A DNA stretch of 64,000 bases from an uncultured Anaerolineales bacterium (GTDB lineage: Bacteria > Chloroflexota > Anaerolineae > UBA1429), in NCBI GenBank assembly GCA_964482225.1, contig CAYZWT010000023.1:113-64112 (forward strand), given 5' to 3'. The notes below the pieces were generated by a model. It worked only from the letters and a program-made list of their open reading frames with translations. It was not told the origin of the DNA and did no database searches. The position numbers and the translations under genes were made by a program. Of the stretch, positions 35,201 through 43,891 are shown piece after piece (position 1 is the stretch's first letter; the number at the start of each line of letters is the position of its first letter).

Positions 35201-38086
35201 AAGCGCTACCACCAGCTCTACCGTGCGGCGCGCCAGAGGCTCGCCCTGGGTGTCCACCGTCAACACGCCGATGCCCAGGGGCTCGTTGGCCGTCCCCACA
35301 TAGCTCTCGGCGGTCAGGCCGACGTATAGCCCGCCCTTGTGTACGATGGCGGCGGCCTGGCCGGTGACCTCCTGGTTGTTGACGTCCACCACGGACATCT
35401 GGACCGTCAGCATGCGGCTCTGGAAGCCCTGGAGCTCGGTGGGCACGGTGATGGTCAAGCGTCCGTCGGCGTCGGTGCGCCCGCGCCCCTCGGTCAGCAG
35501 GCCCAGGTCCAGGGTGCGCGCCTCGGCGTCGTCATAGTCATAGTCGCCAAAGCTGTACCAGCCCTCGCCCTGGTAGCGATCGAAATAGTAGGGCGCGCCG
35601 AACACGCGCCAGAGCACGTCCGCATCGGACACAGGGCCGCCAAAGTAGAACTCGGCTGCCACCTCGGCCTGCATCGGCTCGCCTGAGACGTACTCGGCCT
35701 GGTCCAGACTGGCGGTCACCTGAAACTCGGGGCGGCGATACTCGGCCACCTGGAAAGGCGCCTCGAAATACTGCTCGCCGTAGGTAAAGATCAGGACATA
35801 GTAGCCCAGGGCGGCGTCGTCGCCCAGGAGCACCTGGCCATCCAGCGAACCCACATCGTTCAGCGTCAGGGTGTCCTGCCACACCTCGCGCCCCTGGCTG
35901 TCAATCAGCATGACGCGCACGGGCGCATCGGTGGGGGGCAGGCTGTAGCGCACATCGTCATCGGCCCGCAGGAAGCCTTTGTAGTAAACCGTCTGGCCGG
36001 GCCGATAGATGCGGCGCTCGGTGTAAAAATAGCCGGTATACTCTTGCACCTCCCAGGCCACGGGCAGGTTGTAGAACCAGGGAGCGATGCCGTCGCTCCA
36101 TTGGTTCTGGGCTGCGCCGATCTCGTCGCCCGCATAGGCGATGGCCAGGATGCTCTCCCAGCGCCCCTGCTCGGGGACCGCCAGGGTAAGCAGGCCATCG
36201 GCATCGGTGCGCCCGCGATCCACCTCTTGCCCGGTGGCGCCATAGAGCACCACCTCCACATCCGCCAATGGTTGCCCGTCCTGCAGATCCGTGACCCACA
36301 CCAGCGCCTGGTCGGGCGCCGTCTTGAGGGTCACATTCATGGGCGTCACCACCAAGATATGGTGCTCGGAGCGGCTCACCTCGGGGGCCGTTGCCCGCAA
36401 TACATAGATGCCCGAGGGCAGCCGTTGCGGCAGATCGGGCGCCAGGCGGGTGGTTAGGGTGCGCGTCTCGTTCAGCGCGCCCGTGGCCCGCTGCGACCAG
36501 GACGCGATCAGGTCTTGCGGCTGCGCCCGGAAGCGATCCCAGTTGGGCCAGCCTCCTTCTTGGGTCAAGTTCAGCAGCCCTTCGGGCGAAAGCTCGAACA
36601 GCTCCAGGTCAACCCTCGAGATGTTGACGTACCGCACAGAGATGCTGTCATCCGTGTACGAGTTGTACACGCCCACCGGCCCCTGGGTCACCAGGCTCAG
36701 GGATGGTTCCGTGGCGCGGGTGACAAAGCCCAAGACAAACTCTTCCGACAGCGCCTCTCCAAAGCGGTCCAGCGCCTCGGTCGAGATGGTCAGGGTATAG
36801 CGGGTCGAGGGACGCAGGGAGGTCGAGACCCACAGCTCGGTGTCGTCGTACTGCCAGAACGTGTAGGTGCTGACAGTCGGGGTGATGGTAAGAGCCTTCT
36901 GGACGGCCTCGCGGTCCATAGGCGCGGAAAAGTTGATTTGCACCGATTGCCAGAGGTCCACGCGGGTGGCCCCTTGAGCAGGGCTGGTGCGCGTCACCCG
37001 GGGCAGGGGTGCCACCTGAAAGCGCCAGGCGTCATCCTGGGGGATGGTGGCCTCGCCCTGGGCGGCATGTGCACCGGCGGCCAGCCGGATCACGTACTCG
37101 GCGCCGCGCAGCAGGGGCTCATCGGGCGTAAAGCGCAGTGAGAGGTCCTGCCAGGAGAACGCGCCCGCCACGGGCTCGCCCGAAGGCGCCACGGCAAGCT
37201 CAAAGCGTTCCTCCACCGTCGCAGCATCCATCTCCTGGTTGAACATGAGCGTGATCTCGGCGGCGGGATCCACCAGGGTCGCCTGATGGAGAGGATAGAC
37301 CGCCACGACGGCGGGCGGCTGGGTGGCAAAGGACCACTGGTAGCCCTCGTCCAACAGGGCGCCGCCGGCCTCCAGCCCAGTCGCCACCACGGCGGTATAG
37401 GTCGTCCCCGCCAACAGACGCTCGGCGGGCGTAAAGCGATAGACAGATGTATTCACCCAGACGCCCTCGCCCGGCACCGCCGGGCTCAGGGCCAGCGGGT
37501 TCACCAGCTCGCTCTGCTCCCGGATCGCCGTCAGGGGCACCACGGGGCGGTTGAACACCACCGTGATCTGGGAGGCGGGGTCTACATTCTCGCTTTCGGG
37601 CCGGGGGAACACGTCCGCCACCTCGATATAGCCCACGGTGCGAAAGCGAAAGGCGATCTCGCGGGCCAGTTCGAGCCGTGTGGTGGACATGGCCGATGCG
37701 TCTACTGTGACGCTATAGACTTGATCGCGCTCCCAGCCATCAACCGGCGCAAAGCGCATCGTGTCGTCGGCCGGCCAGGTGACGCTGCCCGCGACCTCGG
37801 GCGAGAGGCGCAGGGCCGCCTCGACGCTGGCGCGATCCATGGGCTGATCGAACACCAGTTCCAGGGCGCCATCCAGGGCCAGTTCCTCGCCCGAGGCGGG
37901 CGATTGGCCCAGCAGGCGCGGGGGCAGTGGGGGCAACGGTGTGCTGGTTGCCTCCGGTACGGCTGTCGGCGGCAGCACCACCTCCAGCGAGGGCACAGGC
38001 GTCGGAAGGGGCTCGCCCGTCTGGCAGCCCGTCAAGACGCCGAGTAGGAACAACAAGCCCAGCGCGAAAACCAGGGTACGTTTCAT
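32204..38086 (-). CDS. Bacterial alpha-2-macroglobulin (YfhM/ECAM-like), 1960-aa lipoprotein with an intact thioester motif
   Basis: Lipobox LTGC; multiple MG/Big-like domains; thioester CVEQ (FPYDCVEQTV); C-terminal A2M receptor-binding-like domain. Confidence 0.85.
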   Translation of the reverse strand: MKRTLVFALGLLFLLGVLTGCQTGEPLPTPVPSLEVVLPPTAVPEATSTPLPPLPPRLLGQSPASGEELALDGALELVFDQPMDRASVEAALRLSPEVAGSVTWPADDTMRFAPVDGWERDQVYSVTVDASAMSTTRLELAREIAFRFRTVGYIEVADVFPRPESENVDPASQITVVFNRPVVPLTAIREQSELVNPLALSPAVPGEGVWVNTSVYRFTPAERLLAGTTYTAVVATGLEAGGALLDEGYQWSFATQPPAVVAVYPLHQATLVDPAAEITLMFNQEMDAATVEERFELAVAPSGEPVAGAFSWQDLSLRFTPDEPLLRGAEYVIRLAAGAHAAQGEATIPQDDAWRFQVAPLPRVTRTSPAQGATRVDLWQSVQINFSAPMDREAVQKALTITPTVSTYTFWQYDDTELWVSTSLRPSTRYTLTISTEALDRFGEALSEEFVLGFVTRATEPSLSLVTQGPVGVYNSYTDDSISVRYVNISRVDLELFELSPEGLLNLTQEGGWPNWDRFRAQPQDLIASWSQRATGALNETRTLTTRLAPDLPQRLPSGIYVLRATAPEVSRSEHHILVVTPMNVTLKTAPDQALVWVTDLQDGQPLADVEVVLYGATGQEVDRGRTDADGLLTLAVPEQGRWESILAIAYAGDEIGAAQNQWSDGIAPWFYNLPVAWEVQEYTGYFYTERRIYRPGQTVYYKGFLRADDDVRYSLPPTDAPVRVMLIDSQGREVWQDTLTLNDVGSLDGQVLLGDDAALGYYVLIFTYGEQYFEAPFQVAEYRRPEFQVTASLDQAEYVSGEPMQAEVAAEFYFGGPVSDADVLWRVFGAPYYFDRYQGEGWYSFGDYDYDDAEARTLDLGLLTEGRGRTDADGRLTITVPTELQGFQSRMLTVQMSVVDVNNQEVTGQAAAIVHKGGLYVGLTAESYVGTANEPLGIGVLTVDTQGEPLARRTVELVVALHEWLSVQVRGADGNYYWENQVRSTPVHTETVLTDARGQARLTFTPREGGAYKVTANAADDAGNQVRSALYVWVSDTAFINWGQQDNNRIELVADKKSYAPGDTASILIPSPFAGPVTALLTIERGGILEYRLIELESNSELLDLPILPEYAPNVFVSVVLVRGMGEDVRDPGFRLGYVMLTVSPEQRELEVTITPDKQAGYQPRDEATFTIQVRDYAGRPAQAEVAVQMVDLAVESLVGGAPPDIVAAFYGERGLAVNTALSLTRRRAPEAPDAADQDGKGGGGGDGGEGLRTEFPDTALWLPSVRTGTDGTATVSVTLPDNLTTWRMTAQAVTEETLVGRGQTDIVSSLAIMIRPMTPRFMVIDDEPTLGAVIHNNTDDDLDIQVTLEAIGLMFFNAEQTIPVPAGGRQTVQWPATVAPVDEVVLTYSAQGGGHHDATRISIPVYHASTPEVVGTAGQVQDRVIEALRLPEDVMSRQGGLTVHLEPSLAAAMREGLDYLEAFPYDCVEQTVSRFLPNVATFRALRDLGLEDPDLAARLPQQVAIGLQRLYTLQGNDGGWGWWAASESSPLITAYALFGMAQAREAGFIVDARSVDRAVEYLYNWLDSTRPVTQDHYDTRAAVLYALAEAGQGDLGRAVALFEDRGQLSLFAQAYLGMTLRLLEPDEPARVGILENELVDAALLSATGMSWQEERHSPWQMSTDTRTSALVLRALVWMDPEQALLPQAVRWLTMARSTGRWETTQENVWAILALTDVMVATGELEANYAYSLSVDGVEQAAGQVTPATVGQQVTANVPIEELAQGQDSYVVIERQPGDAPGRLYYSAFLQYYLPIEQIQPLDRGVIVYREHALADRPDEPVTAARVNDIVNVKLTLIAPRDVYYLVLEDAYPAGCEGIDPSLATTRRVDEMDAGLRPVIEAEWDYDLWWFTHWPTHTELRDEKLVLFATELARGTYEFQYQLRCTTPGFFRVMPALAYQMYEPDVFGRTEGLIFQVQP

Positions 38087-40593
38087 GGCGTCTCACCTCT
38101 TGAGAATGTCTCGGCCAGCACAGTGATCTCTACGGATGCGCTCTCGGTTGGTTTCTCTTGTCCGATATGACGTGTGGCGGAAAAGACGTGTTCCCCCTCC
38201 TGCAATGGCCAAAGCATGCGATAGGGCGGGGCGGTCCATACCTGGATGACCTCGCCATCGAGCCAGAGGCGCAATTCGTCGCCGGGGGCGCAGGCAGCGC
38301 ACACGGCGGCCACCTCGAGCTGCTGGTGCTCCGGCGGCAGCTCGCGCGACAGGCGATACACCGCGCGGGGGTCCGGCGAGACGAGATAAGGCGCGTCGCC
38401 ATCCCCTTGGCTCCCATTGTCTGCCCCGAGCCCACCATCCGCATCCCGGGCCATCTCTGGGGGCAGGGGCAAGCCCTGATCCACGGCCCACGCCAGGGCG
38501 TCGGCGGGCCAGTAGGTCACGGCCCGCAGGATGCGCCGCTCGGCCGGCGTCTCGTCCGTGGCGGGCGCCCCTGTGAGGGCGTCCAGCTCGACCAGCCGGT
38601 GCATGTCGCAGGTCTCGGTGGGAACGTTCTCCGGCAGGAACAGCTCTTGGCGGCGGTGGTGGCAGGCGGGGCCCGGCAGCTTGCCCGAGCCTGCGCAGAC
38701 CTCGACCTCCACCAGCCCCTCGGGCCGGACGAAAGGCGCCGGCGCCGTGCGGTGCAGCCGCCGCATCAGGGTATTCCAGATGGGGCCCGCGCCGGTGATG
38801 CCCGTGGCGCGCTCCATGGGCGCGCCGTCGGCGTTGCCCACCCAAACCCCCACGGTCCACGCGGTCGTATAGCCCAGGGTCCAGTTGTCACGCCAGTTGT
38901 TGGTGGTGCCCGTCTTGGCTGCCGCAGGAAAGGGCAGCTCCAGCACGCTGCCGTAGCCAAAGCTGGGGATGCGCGCCTGGGGGTCGGCGAGGATGTCCGT
39001 CACCAGATAGGCGATGCGCGGATCCAGGGCCTGCTGGGGCTCGGGGGGCGTGTGGGCGTAGAGTAGGCGGTCCTGGGCGTCGCGCACCTCGGAGATCAGG
39101 TAGGGCTGCACCAGTTGGCCGCCCTGGGCCAGGGCGGCATAGGCGCCGGTCAGTTGCAGCAAGCGCACCTCACCGCCGCCCAGGGTCAGGGCCAACCCCT
39201 GGCGCTCGGGGTGTGAGAGGCTGTCAATGCCCACGCGCCGGGCCATATCGGCCAGGGCTTGGGGGCCGATGCGATCCAGCACCCGCACGGCCACCACATT
39301 GTACGACGAGCCCAGGGCCTCGCGCAGCGAAACCGGCCCGCGAAAGATGTGATCATAGTTGATGGGCACATAGCTCTCGCCCTCGGCCGTCTGGAACGAG
39401 GTGCGCACATCCGAGATCACCGTGGCGGGGGAGAGACCCCGTTCAAAGGCTGCCGCATACGTGAACGGCTTGAGGGCCGATCCAGGTTGACGTAACGCCA
39501 GAGCCGCGTTGACCGCGCCATCAATCGAGGCGTCGAAATAGGCGGGGCTGCCCACCATGACCTGCACCGCGCCATCGGGCGACAGGGCCACCACGGCGGC
39601 GTTGCGCACCCGGTGACCGGGGTTCTCACTGGTGGGCTGGTTCAGCTTGGCCAGGTGGCGCCGCACCTGGAGCTCGGCCTCTTGCTGCAAGCCCCAATCC
39701 AGGGTGGTGCGGATCGTTAGTCCCCCCTGGGACAATGCCTCCTCGTCCAGGATGCGCTCCAGTTCTTCGCGCACCAGCATGACAAAGTGGGGCGCGCGAA
39801 TGCCCAGGTGTGCGCTGCCATAGCGCAACGGCTCGCGGGCTGCGAGGCTGGCGGCCTCGGCGGTGATATAGCCGGCGCGCGCCATCAGCGCCAGCACGGT
39901 GGCCTGGCGCTCCCGGGCCGCCTCAGGGTGGGTGAGGGGGTTATAGGCGGCGGGCGCTTGCAGCAGCCCCGCCAGCATAGCCGATTCGGCCAGGTTCAGC
40001 TCGGCGGCGGGCTTGGCGAAATAGGCCCGCGCGGCGGCCTCTACCCCGTAGGCCAGGTTGCCAAAGTAGGACTCGTTCAGATAGAGGGCCAGGATCTCGT
40101 CTTTGGCCAGGGTGCGGGTCAGCCGAAAGGCCAACCATGCCTCACGCACCTTGCGCCCCAGGCTCTGCTCATAGCGCTCCTCGGGCAGCAACATCTGGCG
40201 CGCCACCTGCTGGGTGATGGTGCTGGCGCCCGAGACGATCTCGCCCTGGCGCAGGTTCAGCCACAGAGCGCGCAGGATGGCTGGGGGGCTAAAGCCCGGG
40301 TTGCGGTAAAAGCTGGCGTCCTCGGTGGCGATGACGGCCTGGCGCAGGTGCAGGGGCATCTCTTCCAGGGGGATGGCGCGCTGGGCCCCGCTGTGGGGAT
40401 CCATCAGCTCGTACAGGCGCTCGCCGTGGCGATCCACGATGACGCTCGAGGGCGCGGGCCGCGCGCCTGCCAGCGCGTCGCCGTTCAAGGGCGCCAGCCA
40501 GTGGAGCAGGCCCAGACCCAGGGCGATGCTCGCCAGCAAGGCGATGGCCACCCTGGCAAGGATGCATCGGCGTGGGCTGCGTTCCGTGTTCAT
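38083..40593 (-). CDS. pbpC: Penicillin-binding protein 1C (GT51 transglycosylase + transpeptidase + PbpC C-terminal domain)
   Basis: EDASFYRNPGFS and TITQQ GT51 motifs, then a transpeptidase region. Overlaps the A2M start (ATGA). Confidence 0.85.
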   Translation of the reverse strand: MNTERSPRRCILARVAIALLASIALGLGLLHWLAPLNGDALAGARPAPSSVIVDRHGERLYELMDPHSGAQRAIPLEEMPLHLRQAVIATEDASFYRNPGFSPPAILRALWLNLRQGEIVSGASTITQQVARQMLLPEERYEQSLGRKVREAWLAFRLTRTLAKDEILALYLNESYFGNLAYGVEAAARAYFAKPAAELNLAESAMLAGLLQAPAAYNPLTHPEAARERQATVLALMARAGYITAEAASLAAREPLRYGSAHLGIRAPHFVMLVREELERILDEEALSQGGLTIRTTLDWGLQQEAELQVRRHLAKLNQPTSENPGHRVRNAAVVALSPDGAVQVMVGSPAYFDASIDGAVNAALALRQPGSALKPFTYAAAFERGLSPATVISDVRTSFQTAEGESYVPINYDHIFRGPVSLREALGSSYNVVAVRVLDRIGPQALADMARRVGIDSLSHPERQGLALTLGGGEVRLLQLTGAYAALAQGGQLVQPYLISEVRDAQDRLLYAHTPPEPQQALDPRIAYLVTDILADPQARIPSFGYGSVLELPFPAAAKTGTTNNWRDNWTLGYTTAWTVGVWVGNADGAPMERATGITGAGPIWNTLMRRLHRTAPAPFVRPEGLVEVEVCAGSGKLPGPACHHRRQELFLPENVPTETCDMHRLVELDALTGAPATDETPAERRILRAVTYWPADALAWAVDQGLPLPPEMARDADGGLGADNGSQGDGDAPYLVSPDPRAVYRLSRELPPEHQQLEVAAVCAACAPGDELRLWLDGEVIQVWTAPPYRMLWPLQEGEHVFSATRHIGQEKPTESASVEITVLAETFSRGETP

Positions 40594-40620
40594 CTCGGCC
40601 CCTCAATCCTCCGCGAGCCT

Positions 40621-41658
40621 CTAGCGCTCGCGGCCCACGATGCCCAGGGCCAGCCGCTCCAACTCGCGGGCGGCGGCGTTCTCCATGCCCAGGCCGCCCA
40701 GGGCGGCCAGCATGGCCCCCTGGTGGGCGACGGCCTGTTGGCGCACGTACGCCTGAGAGCCCGCCGCCTCCAGCCGCGCCAGCATGGCGGCCAGGGCCTC
40801 GTCATCGGTCTTGGCGCTGGCATAGAGGGCGTGCAACTGCGCCTCGCCCCGGGCAGCCTCCCACCTCAGGGCGTGAATCACCGGCATCGTCATCTTGCGG
40901 GCCAGAAGGTCGCTGGCCGCGGACTTGCCCGTCACGGCGGGGTCGCCCCAGATGCCCAGCAGGTCATCGGTCATCTGAAAGGCCAGGCCCAGTTCGTGGC
41001 CGAGCCGCGCCAGGGCGTCCACCACCGGCGCGGCGGCGCCGCCCAGCAGAGCGCCCGTGGCTGTGGCTGACGAGAGCAGCGCCGCCGTCTTGCCTGCGAT
41101 CATCTTGCCATAGTCCTGCTCCGTCACGTCCAGGCGCCCCTCGAACGAGATATCCAGGTGTTGGCCGTGGCACAGGGCCAGACAGGTCTCATCCAGTCGG
41201 CGGGCCACCGCCAGCACGGTATCCGCCGGATGGCCCTGGCCTCCCAGACGATAGACCGCCAGCCGGGCCAGGCTCCACAGGGCGTCTCCGGCGTTGATCC
41301 CCTGGGCCATGCCCCAGAGCTTCCACACCGTGGCGCGGCCATGCCGCGTGGCGCTGTCGTCCTCGATGTCATCGTGGATCAGCGAAAAGTTGTGGATCAG
41401 TTCGATGGCCGCCGCCGCGGGCAACGCCCGCCGCCATGCGCCGCCCACCGCCTCGCAGGTCAGCAAGCACAGCAGGGGCCGCAGCCGCTTGCCATGCGCG
41501 CCCTGGAGCGCGCCCCCGTCGGGCGCGGCCCAGCCCAGGTGGTAGCGCAACATGTTGTATAGCGGCGCGTGCACCGGCTCGGGCGCGCTCACGATGGCCC
41601 GTAACTCGGCATCGAGGGCGACCAGATAGGGCGCGGCATCAAGAGGCATGGGCGGCAT
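40621..41658 (-). CDS. Polyprenyl diphosphate synthase (trans-isoprenyl, GGPP/long-chain type)
   Basis: LIHDDIEDDSATRHG (first DDxxD) and TDDLLGIWGDP (second Asp-rich motif). Confidence 0.85.
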   Translation of the reverse strand: MPPMPLDAAPYLVALDAELRAIVSAPEPVHAPLYNMLRYHLGWAAPDGGALQGAHGKRLRPLLCLLTCEAVGGAWRRALPAAAAIELIHNFSLIHDDIEDDSATRHGRATVWKLWGMAQGINAGDALWSLARLAVYRLGGQGHPADTVLAVARRLDETCLALCHGQHLDISFEGRLDVTEQDYGKMIAGKTAALLSSATATGALLGGAAAPVVDALARLGHELGLAFQMTDDLLGIWGDPAVTGKSAASDLLARKMTMPVIHALRWEAARGEAQLHALYASAKTDDEALAAMLARLEAAGSQAYVRQQAVAHQGAMLAALGGLGMENAAARELERLALGIVGRER

Positions 41659-42667
41659 CCCTCAAAAAGATGCGCTCCGGCCCCAGGTCGGCGACGGTGC
41701 GGGCGCCGGAGCAGAACATGGCGATGGCAAGTTGACGCATGATGATGTCCAGGCATTGCGCCAGCGCCTCGTCGGAGGCCAGCGCGGCGTGCAGCAGCGA
41801 GCGGGCCATGCCCACCAGGTTGGCCCCCAGGGCCAGGCACTTGGCCACGTCCACGCCGCTGGCGATGCCGCCGCTGGCGATGATCGGCAGGGCGGGGCAG
41901 GCGGCGCGCGCCTGCACCAGCGCATCAACCGTGGGCAGGCCCCAGTCATCAAAGGCGGCGGCCACCTGGCGATCCGCCTCGGAGGCCAGGCGGTGGCCCT
42001 CGACGCGGCTCCACGAGGTGCCTCCGCTGCCCGCCAGGTCTATGGCGGCCACGCCAGCGTCCTCGAACTGCCGGGCCGCCGCCGCCGAGAGGCCCCAGCC
42101 GACCTCTTTGACGATCACGGGGTAGGGCGCCCCTGCGCACAGGCGCGCGATCTTGGCCAGGAGGCCACGAAAATCGGTGTTGCCCCCAGGCTGGATCACC
42201 TCTTGCAGGGCGTTCAGGTGCAATACCAGGGCGTCGGCGCCCACGGCCTCGACGGCCCGATGGCAGTCATCCAGGCCCAGGCCATAGTTGAGCTGGACCG
42301 CGCCCAGGTTTGCGAACAGCAGCACATCGGGCGCGATATCGCGCACCTGGAACGTCGCCATCTGCTCGGGCGCCTCCAGGGCGACGCGCTGAGAGCCCAG
42401 GCCCATTGCCAGCCCCAGCCGCTGGGCGGCACGCGCCAGCCGCCGGTTGATCTCGGCGGCGCGGGGCGTGCCGCCCGTCATGGCCGAGATCAGCAGCGGC
42501 GCGCGCAGTTCGCGCCCCAGAAAGCGAGTGGCCAGCGAGACATCGGCCAGGGCCATCTCGGGCAGGGCGCAGGGCATCAGGGCATAGCGCTCCAGCCCTG
42601 TGGTGTGCCGCGAGGCCACGTCCTGGCCCGCCGTAATGCGCAGGTGCTCGTCTTTTCTGTCGCTCAC
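41639..42667 (-). CDS. fni: Type-2 isopentenyl-diphosphate delta-isomerase (FMN-dependent)
   Basis: LLISAMTGG, GAVQLNYG, VKEVGWGLS, ASGGIASG. Confidence 0.85.
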   Translation of the reverse strand: MSDRKDEHLRITAGQDVASRHTTGLERYALMPCALPEMALADVSLATRFLGRELRAPLLISAMTGGTPRAAEINRRLARAAQRLGLAMGLGSQRVALEAPEQMATFQVRDIAPDVLLFANLGAVQLNYGLGLDDCHRAVEAVGADALVLHLNALQEVIQPGGNTDFRGLLAKIARLCAGAPYPVIVKEVGWGLSAAAARQFEDAGVAAIDLAGSGGTSWSRVEGHRLASEADRQVAAAFDDWGLPTVDALVQARAACPALPIIASGGIASGVDVAKCLALGANLVGMARSLLHAALASDEALAQCLDIIMRQLAIAMFCSGARTVADLGPERIFLRDAAHAS

Positions 42668-42820
42668 CCGTCAGCCTCTTTGACTCTTGTCATGTTGGTT
42701 CCAGTGTACGCGGCGGCGCGCCGCGTGTCAAGATGCCCGGCTCGTCTGCGCTTGCGCGCCCCACGGCGCTGTGGCACAATGCCGCTCGATGGAGCCTTGC
42801 CAGCTAGGGAGGACGCGGTC

Positions 42821-43288
42821 ATGCCAATAGCCTGTCCCTTTTGCGATCCGGCGATCCTGGCGGCGATCTATGCAGAGACGGAGCGCTGCCGGGCGATCTA
42901 CAACCGGGCGCCGCTGGTGGACGGCCACAGCCTCATCGTCCCCAAGCGACACGCCACGCGCTTGGGAGACCTCTCCCCAGGGGAATGGACGGAGTTGTTT
43001 GGGCTGGCGCGGCGCATGGCCTTGCTCCTGATGCCTGCCTATGGCTGCGATGGCTATGATCTCTCGCTGCAAGAGGGCGCCTCGGCAGGCCAAACGATGG
43101 CGCACCTGCACCTGCACATCGTGCCGCGACGCCCTGGCGACCTGCCGCACGACGACTGGCACGCCCAACTGCTGGATAGCGCCTTGCGTCGGAGGCTATC
43201 CCCGGACGAGATGGCCCGCCACGTGGCCCGTCTGCGCGCGATGGGTGGCGCTGCCGGTGGGCGCGCTACTCCTCCGCCTGCACCCTGA
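42821..43288 (+). CDS. HIT-family (histidine triad) nucleotide hydrolase/transferase
   Basis: HLHLHIV triad and an N-terminal CPFC. RBS AGGGAGGA. The rest of the 546-aa ORF-track call is rejected as antisense shadow. Confidence 0.75.
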   Translation: MPIACPFCDPAILAAIYAETERCRAIYNRAPLVDGHSLIVPKRHATRLGDLSPGEWTELFGLARRMALLLMPAYGCDGYDLSLQEGASAGQTMAHLHLHIVPRRPGDLPHDDWHAQLLDSALRRRLSPDEMARHVARLRAMGGAAGGRATPPPAP

Positions 43289-43841
43289 TCTGCACCCAAA
43301 AGCGGCTGCCAAAACACTGGGATCCGATGCAGAGCTGCCAGTAGCTGGTGTGTAGGCCCGGCTCGGAGGGGGCCACCATGTCTACCGCGATCTCGGCGGT
43401 CTCGCCGGGCTCCCGGGGGCGCAGCGACACGCTCTCTACCGGCCCAAAGGTGGGCCCGTTCACATGCTGAAATACGGTGCCTTCGGGCCAGGCCACCTCG
43501 CCCTCGTTGCGAATCTCCCAGATCTTTTGGAACGACTCGCCGGGGCGCACCACATACCCATCGGGGATGGTGATGTCGCTGACAAAGCGAGCATCCAGGA
43601 TGCCGACATTGGGTGTCATGGTGGGCGCCGGGGTCATGGTAGGGGCCAGGGAAATGGTGGCCGTGGGCGGCAGGGACGCCGACGTGGGCACTGCCTGCAA
43701 CGTCAGCGTTGGGGCAGGCGTTGGCGGCTCGGCGGTCGGCTCTGACTTGCGAAACGGATTGAGGCTACAAGCCGCCAGGACAAGCAAAGCCAAGACCAGG
43801 AGGCACAGGTGACGGCCAATGTCAGTAGGTTTTCGATTCAT
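43266..43841 (-). CDS. Lipoprotein with a Pro/Thr linker and an NBR1-like Ig-fold (N_BRCA1_IG-type) domain
   Basis: Lipobox LAAC; IPDGYVVRPGESFQKIWEIRNEGEVAWPEGTVF...HTSYWQL. RBS GGAGGGGG. Confidence 0.5.
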   Translation of the reverse strand: MNRKPTDIGRHLCLLVLALLVLAACSLNPFRKSEPTAEPPTPAPTLTLQAVPTSASLPPTATISLAPTMTPAPTMTPNVGILDARFVSDITIPDGYVVRPGESFQKIWEIRNEGEVAWPEGTVFQHVNGPTFGPVESVSLRPREPGETAEIAVDMVAPSEPGLHTSYWQLCIGSQCFGSRFWVQIRVQAEE

Positions 43842-43891
43842 ACCCCCTCCTGGGAATCCATCGCGCGCCCGTTGCGCCTTGCTGTGGCAGA

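Noticed and set aside
33749-35329. 526-aa ORF on the + strand
   Set aside because: It is antisense to the alpha-2-macroglobulin gene. The product is low-complexity and R/G/A-rich, so it is a shadow ORF.
38158-41070. 302-aa and 427-aa + strand ORFs
   Set aside because: They are antisense to PBP1C and the polyprenyl synthase, both with strong family signatures, so they are shadow ORFs.
41648-42820. 5' portion of the 546-aa + strand ORF
   Set aside because: It is antisense to the type-2 IPP isomerase gene. Only the C-terminal 156 codons, the HIT protein with its own RBS at 42821, are credible.
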